A stretch of 7,015 bases of DNA, from the NCBI GenBank assembly GCA_964507075.1, contig CAZDOL010000014.1:5094-12108 (forward strand). The letters run 5' to 3'. The stretch comes from an uncultured Gammaproteobacteria bacterium (lineage in GTDB: Bacteria > Patescibacteriota > Patescibacteriia > UBA2591 > UBA6264). This document shows, piece by piece, positions 3,515-7,015 of the stretch; the first letter of the stretch is position 1, and each line of letters opens with the position of its first letter. Under the pieces are notes generated by a model. It saw nothing but the letters and a program-made list of their open reading frames with translations, was not told the origin of the DNA and did not search any database. The position numbers were made by a program, and so were the translations under genes.

Positions 3515-6013
3515 ATGAATAACTCGCAAAATATAAAATCTTTGTTTTCTGAATTTAGTCGAGTTTGTTTTAAGTCAAAGTTTAACTTTTGGCTTTTTTT
3601 CTTTATTTTCCTTTTTTTATGTTCCAATGTTCCAATGTTCCAATGTTCTAATGTTTTAGCTTGGACTCCGCCACAAAGTCCTCCGCCTCAAGATAATGTT
3701 CCTCAGCCTTTGAACACAGGACCAACCGCGCAAGGCAAAACAGGCAGTTTGGGTATTGGCACAGATACTCCAACAGTAAAATTAGATGTTTTGGGGATTA
3801 TAGAATCTACTGGAGCTATTACCAGCGGAGGACGAATTACTGGTACTGAATTTTATGATTATCTAGGCGGTTATCTTGACCCTGGTTCTAGTGGTATATC
3901 TCTCTATGTTCTAGGTTCAATTACTGCCACTGGAACAACTGATGATAATTATTTTTTGGGTAACTTGGGAATTGGGACCACAGTTCCAGACACACTTTTA
4001 ACAATAGCCAATGATAATTGGATATCAGCAAAAGATAATGCTGGTACAAGCTATGTAAATATGTTTAAAGTTAATGCTTCTGATGAAATAGATGTAGGAG
4101 GAACTTTAAATGTTGGACCCATAGATTTAGCAGAAGATTCAGGAGCAATTACTCTTGTTAATCTGCCTGTGAGCTCAACTCCAAGTGATGGAGATATTGA
4201 AAGTTATGGTTTTAGCATTGATTCAAATCCCGTTTTAACAATTTATGGATTAGCAGATGGAATAGGAGGTGCTGACACGCATAGAATAGGTATTGGAACA
4301 ACGTCTCCGCAACACAAATTAGATGTTCGCGGTGAGGTTGCTGTTGGCGTGGCTGGCGCGACAAATCAAATTCATTTTGTTGCCGATCCTACTGCCGACA
4401 CAGACGTGGCAACAAAGGGATATGTTGATGGCGCGGGATATTGGGGAGTAACTGGCTCTTATCTTTATCCAACTAATCTTAATTATTTGGTTGGCATAGG
4501 CATTGCTACCCCGAGCGCTAAATTAGAAATTGATGGTGGTGTTCGCGCTTCAGAAGATATTATGACTGATACAGAATTAAAAGTTGGGGCGAATACATGG
4601 ATTGGCACTTTAAGTGCTCAGATTGTAGGGAATTTAGGATTGATAGATTCGGGTGATTTAACTGTAGCGGGTGAGGGTTTTTTTGATGGCGAAGGGGACA
4701 GTTATTTTTTGGGTAATTTGGGAATTGGGATTAGCGCGCCAACAAAGGGCAAATTAGAGGTAGATGGCAATATTGCTATTGGCGGTTCTAATAATGAATT
4801 AAGATTTTATGAAGGAGTAAATTATGTAGGTTTTGAGGCGCCCGCTTTAACAGCTGATAAAATATGGGTTTTACCAAGCATAGATGGCTCAAGTGGACAG
4901 GTAATAAAAACCGATGGCGCTGGAAATTTAAGTTGGATTAGCCATAATGGCTTAGATGGATTGGACGGCGGGACCACTAATGAATATTATCATCTTGATA
5001 ACACCGATTATACTGCTTTAAGTGACGCCAATGCTCAATTAGGAGATTTACAAACAGACGGTTCTCCAAGTTTTAATGGTTTAACAATTGGTACATTATC
5101 TGGGGTTTTAAAAGCAACAACGGGTGTTGTGTCTGGTAGTGCCACGATGGATGATATTGATGACGGGACAACTTATGTCAGAAGCCATAACGACTTCACA
5201 GATATTTATAAAGGATATTTAAACCAGGGAGTAAGAGATATTGATGACCCGATTTTTGCGGGGTTAACTGTTGATACTGATACTATTTATGTTGATAGTA
5301 CAAATCATTTCGTCGGTATCGGAACGACGGAGCCAGGGTATGAATTAGATGTTCAGGGGACGATTTATACTACAGGCTTTTATTTAAATGATGGTAATGC
5401 CACCGCAGGCAAAGTTTTGGTGTCCGCTAATACATCAGGGCTTGCCTATTGGCAAGCCCTTGGTACAATCTCTGGCATCACATGTGATGAGGCTGGCAGT
5501 TGTAGTTCAAATTATATTCCCAAATTTATTACTTCAAGCACTGTCAATGATAGTATAATTTACGAATCTGGTGGGCAAATTGGCATCGGGACTGTGATTC
5601 CACAAGCAAAATTACATGTTGACGGAAGCATTAAATCTACCAGTTTAGAAACAGGCGGACTTAAAGTAACAGATAGCCCAGGTCTTAATAAAGTTTTAAC
5701 TGATTTAGATGGAGCAGGCACAGCAGTTTGGACAGATGTTTCAGGTGGCGCTGATAACGATTGGGTAATAGTAGGCACAGATTATATATATAATTACGAT
5801 TCATTAAATAGAAGCGTTGGAATTGGGACAACGAATCCGGGAACTGCTAAACTGGCTGTTATGAACGGCAACGTCGGTATTGGCACGACAACTCCAAACG
5901 CAAAACTACAGGTGAAAGCTGCCGTTGCAGAGGCAATTGTTGAATTTACAGATGATGACGGCACTGATGTAATGCAAATTGATGCCAACGGCAATGTTAT
6001 AATTTCGTTATAG
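3515..6013 (+). CDS. Large secreted tail-fibre-like repeat protein (putative surface fibre/adhesin)
   Basis: The ORF is open from TTG 3395. ATG 3515 gives MNNSQNIKSLFSEFSRVCFKSKFNFWLFFFIFLFL...VLA|W, a signal-peptide-like N-terminus, then a Pro-rich linker (TPPQSPPPQDNVPQP). Nine copies of the motif (L/V)GIG(T/I)xxPxxKLxVxG follow, at ORF-track aa 119, 191, 297, 365, 441, 639, 728, 807 and 826. Three copies of G-x-V-(L/I)-x-x-D/N-x-x-G-x-x-x-W are also present (SGQVIKTDGAGNLSW, AGKVLVSANTSGLAYW, NKVLTDLDGAGTAVW). This composition is typical of phage tail-fibre-like and bacterial fibre proteins. Stop is TAG at 6011-6013. Confidence 0.85.
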   Translation: MNNSQNIKSLFSEFSRVCFKSKFNFWLFFFIFLFLCSNVPMFQCSNVLAWTPPQSPPPQDNVPQPLNTGPTAQGKTGSLGIGTDTPTVKLDVLGIIESTGAITSGGRITGTEFYDYLGGYLDPGSSGISLYVLGSITATGTTDDNYFLGNLGIGTTVPDTLLTIANDNWISAKDNAGTSYVNMFKVNASDEIDVGGTLNVGPIDLAEDSGAITLVNLPVSSTPSDGDIESYGFSIDSNPVLTIYGLADGIGGADTHRIGIGTTSPQHKLDVRGEVAVGVAGATNQIHFVADPTADTDVATKGYVDGAGYWGVTGSYLYPTNLNYLVGIGIATPSAKLEIDGGVRASEDIMTDTELKVGANTWIGTLSAQIVGNLGLIDSGDLTVAGEGFFDGEGDSYFLGNLGIGISAPTKGKLEVDGNIAIGGSNNELRFYEGVNYVGFEAPALTADKIWVLPSIDGSSGQVIKTDGAGNLSWISHNGLDGLDGGTTNEYYHLDNTDYTALSDANAQLGDLQTDGSPSFNGLTIGTLSGVLKATTGVVSGSATMDDIDDGTTYVRSHNDFTDIYKGYLNQGVRDIDDPIFAGLTVDTDTIYVDSTNHFVGIGTTEPGYELDVQGTIYTTGFYLNDGNATAGKVLVSANTSGLAYWQALGTISGITCDEAGSCSSNYIPKFITSSTVNDSIIYESGGQIGIGTVIPQAKLHVDGSIKSTSLETGGLKVTDSPGLNKVLTDLDGAGTAVWTDVSGGADNDWVIVGTDYIYNYDSLNRSVGIGTTNPGTAKLAVMNGNVGIGTTTPNAKLQVKAAVAEAIVEFTDDDGTDVMQIDANGNVIISL
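3619..3658. repeat. 8-nt tandem array (atgttcca x3, then atgttcta, atgtttta) inside the signal-peptide coding region of the fibre gene
   Basis: Units lie at 3619, 3627, 3635, 3643 and 3651. They encode CSNVPMFQCSNVL. The unit length is not a multiple of 3, and each unit carries an ATG, so ATGs fall in all three frames. Confidence 0.9.
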
Positions 6014-6032
6014 AAAAATAAAAAAACTGAAG

Positions 6033-6089
6033 TTGACCTCTAACGTTAACCCTAGAGGTTAACTAATCTAAGAGGTTAACTAATCTAAG
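6033..6089. repeat. REP-like hairpin element upstream of the RAYT gene plus 17-nt tandem duplication
   Basis: ttgacctctaacgttaaccctagaggttaac (6033-6063) forms a stem of acctcta (6036-6042) with tagaggt (6053-6059), plus a G-T pair 6035/6060 and a 10-nt loop. gaggttaactaatctaa is repeated at 6056-6072 and 6073-6089. The 18-nt core ttgacctctaacgttaac recurs at 6807-6824. Confidence 0.85.
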
Positions 6090-6107
6090 ATAAATTAGTG
6101 AGTTAGT

Positions 6108-6830
6108 ATGCGAAAAGAACAAATTTTAATAGATGATTTAGTTCATGTCTACAATCGCGGTAGTCGTAAAATGCCTATTGTTTATGATGAGGCTGATAAA
6201 TGGAGGTTTTTAAAAAGTTTATATTATCTCAATGACGAATATGCTCCTGCGAATATTTTTCAACATTTAAAATCGAATATACAACTTGGGAAATATCGCA
6301 ATTTTGAGAGACCAAAAGACTGGCCAGCTTCACGACCATTGGTTAAAATTTTGTCTTATTGTTTAATACCTAATCATTTCCATCTACTTTTAAGGAAAAT
6401 TACAGAAAATGGAATTAGTAAATTTATGGCAAGATTTAGCAATAGTTTTACAAAATATATTAATATTAAGCACGATATGTCTGGTAGATTGTTTCAATGT
6501 TCTTATCAGTCAAAGTTGGTAAAAACCGAAAAAATGTTATGGTACACAGATGCGTATATTCAAGTTTTTAACCCATTTGAACTTTATCCTGGCGGTTTGG
6601 AAAAAGCGACAAAAGAATTTGATAAAGCTTTTAAATTTGCTTTAGAATATCCGTTTTGTAGCTTAGGTGAAAGTTTTGGCAAAAGAAATTTGCATATTAT
6701 TGACAGAGATGTTTTGGGCAAGGTATGGTCTAATATAGCAGAGTATAAAGAATTTGCGCAAGAAGTTATAATATATTACAGTAATAGTAATAGAAAAGTT
6801 TGCAAATTGACCTCTAACGTTAACGTCTAA
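6108..6830 (+). CDS. HUH / Y1 single-strand DNA transposase-like protein (RAYT, REP-associated tyrosine transposase / IS200-like TnpA)
   Basis: It carries HVYNRG near the N-terminus and an HUH motif in YCLIPNHFHLLL (H90-F-H92, nt 6375-6383). It also has GRLFQCSYQSKLV and a catalytic-Tyr motif AYIQVFNP (Y150, nt 6555-6557). These are the conserved blocks of the COG1943/Y1_Tnp family. The stop (TAA 6828-6830) and the last ~8 codons (KLTSNVNV) lie inside the right flanking repeat. Confidence 0.85.
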   Translation: MRKEQILIDDLVHVYNRGSRKMPIVYDEADKWRFLKSLYYLNDEYAPANIFQHLKSNIQLGKYRNFERPKDWPASRPLVKILSYCLIPNHFHLLLRKITENGISKFMARFSNSFTKYINIKHDMSGRLFQCSYQSKLVKTEKMLWYTDAYIQVFNPFELYPGGLEKATKEFDKAFKFALEYPFCSLGESFGKRNLHIIDRDVLGKVWSNIAEYKEFAQEVIIYYSNSNRKVCKLTSNVNV

Positions 6831-6850
6831 GGTTAACCCTAGAGGTTAAC
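6807..6850. repeat. REP-like hairpin element at the 3' end of the RAYT gene
   Basis: ttgacctctaacgttaac-gtctaaggttaac-cctagaggttaac is the same element as 6033-6063 with a 13-nt internal insertion, in the same orientation. It contains the 10-bp palindrome acgttaacgt (6817-6826) and the 8-bp palindrome ggttaacc (6831-6838). The outer stem is 6809-6816 with 6840-6847. Confidence 0.85.
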
Positions 6851-6856
6851 TTCAAA

Positions 6857-6884
6857 ATGTATAATAAAATGTATAATGTATAAT
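6857..6884 (+). promoter_or_regulatory. Cluster of three -10-like boxes (gtataat x3) upstream of the truncated last gene
   Basis: atgtataataaaatgtataatgtataat has tataat hexamers at 6860-6865, 6872-6877 and 6879-6884, 3-23 nt upstream of ATG 6888. This is low-complexity AT sequence, so the call is weak. Confidence 0.2.
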
Positions 6885-6887
6885 AAT

Positions 6888-7015
6888 ATGAAGAATAAGA
6901 AAAAGGTATTTATAACAGTTTTAATTTTAGGGCTATTAGCTGGTGGAGGATTAATATCTAACGCACTGAAACAATCTTCAGTAAGCGAGGGAGGATTGGT
7001 TGGCTATTGGACTTT
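6888..7015 (+). CDS. 5' end of a secreted/membrane-anchored protein, possibly LamG (concanavalin-like) domain protein; truncated by window end
   Basis: ATG at 6888 gives MKNKKKVFITVLILGLLAGGGLISNALKQSSVSEGGLVGYWT..., a basic n-region plus a hydrophobic helix. GLVGYW is the motif that commonly opens LamG-type domains (LVGYWxFDE). It is open to the window end and not in the ORF track because it is incomplete. Confidence 0.5.
   Translation, partial: MKNKKKVFITVLILGLLAGGGLISNALKQSSVSEGGLVGYWT

Larger units (their letters stand above)
6033..6850 (+). mobile_element. Minimal IS200-like / RAYT-REP unit (Y1 transposase gene bracketed by same-strand hairpin repeats)
   Basis: A single HUH/Y1 transposase gene lies between two copies of a ~31-44 nt hairpin-forming element in direct orientation. 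This matches the IS200/IS605 layout of left- and right-end hairpins on one strand. Total length is ~0.8 kb, similar to IS200. The exact ends and target site cannot be defined from one copy. Confidence 0.6.

Noticed and set aside
3478-3658. Possibility that the short direct repeats are a CRISPR array
   Set aside because: Units are 8-17 nt and directly abutting, with no spacers and at most 5 copies. No cas genes are present. This is not CRISPR architecture.
5560-5994. Minus-strand ORFs 5560..5778 and 5794..5994
   Set aside because: They lie antisense to the repeat-rich fibre gene. Their P/S/T/V-rich translations are the mirror of the GIGT repeat codons, so they are shadow ORFs.
5800-6013. C-terminal intramolecular chaperone (endosialidase-type, self-cleaving) domain on the fibre protein
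   Set aside because: GIGT motifs often precede such domains. Here, however, the protein ends ~30 aa after the last motif, with no serine-lysine dyad region or sufficient length for that domain.
6857-6883. Mini-ORF atg tat aat aaa atg tat aat gta taa (MYNKMYNV)
   Set aside because: It is eight codons of pure AT-rich promoter-like repeat and is almost certainly non-coding.
1-7015. Alternative genetic code (UGA recoded, as in some CPR lineages), prompted by no gene ending in TGA
   Set aside because: All seven complete genes are intact long ORFs under the standard code, so no in-frame TGA needs reinterpretation. TAA/TAG-only stops among seven genes are expected in an AT-rich genome.

Overview
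This is an AT-rich window with every credible gene on the + strand. From gene content and composition it looks like a Patescibacteria/CPR-type genome, which is inference only. It holds four consecutive type IV pilin-like genes in the canonical minor-pilin order: GspH/FimT-like, GspI/PilV-like, GspJ/PilW-like, GspK/PilX-like (37-2967). These are followed by a small conserved hypothetical gene (3039-3338) and an ~830-aa secreted tail-fibre-like repeat protein (3515-6013), which sits where PilY1-type tip adhesins sit in classical minor-pilin operons. Next comes an HUH/Y1 (RAYT / IS200-like) transposase gene bracketed by hairpin repeats (6033-6850), then the 5' end of another secreted protein (6888-7015). 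The most unusual content is a short-repeat system at the gene 5' ends. A complete four-helix-bundle protein (23S rRNA-IVS protein / DGR-Avd family) is enclosed by imperfect inverted arms and reads in frame, with no stop, into the PilW-like prepilin. That gives a 136-aa 'leader' before the G|FTLIE cleavage motif. A second, ORF-less copy of the same arm pair lies 1 kb downstream, in front of the PilX-like gene. Arrays of 8-nt tandem repeats (unit not divisible by 3) sit at the 4HB-pilin junction and in the signal peptide of the fibre protein, where a one-unit slip would switch the products. No rRNA, tRNA or CRISPR array was seen. All family assignments come from motif recognition by eye, not from searches.
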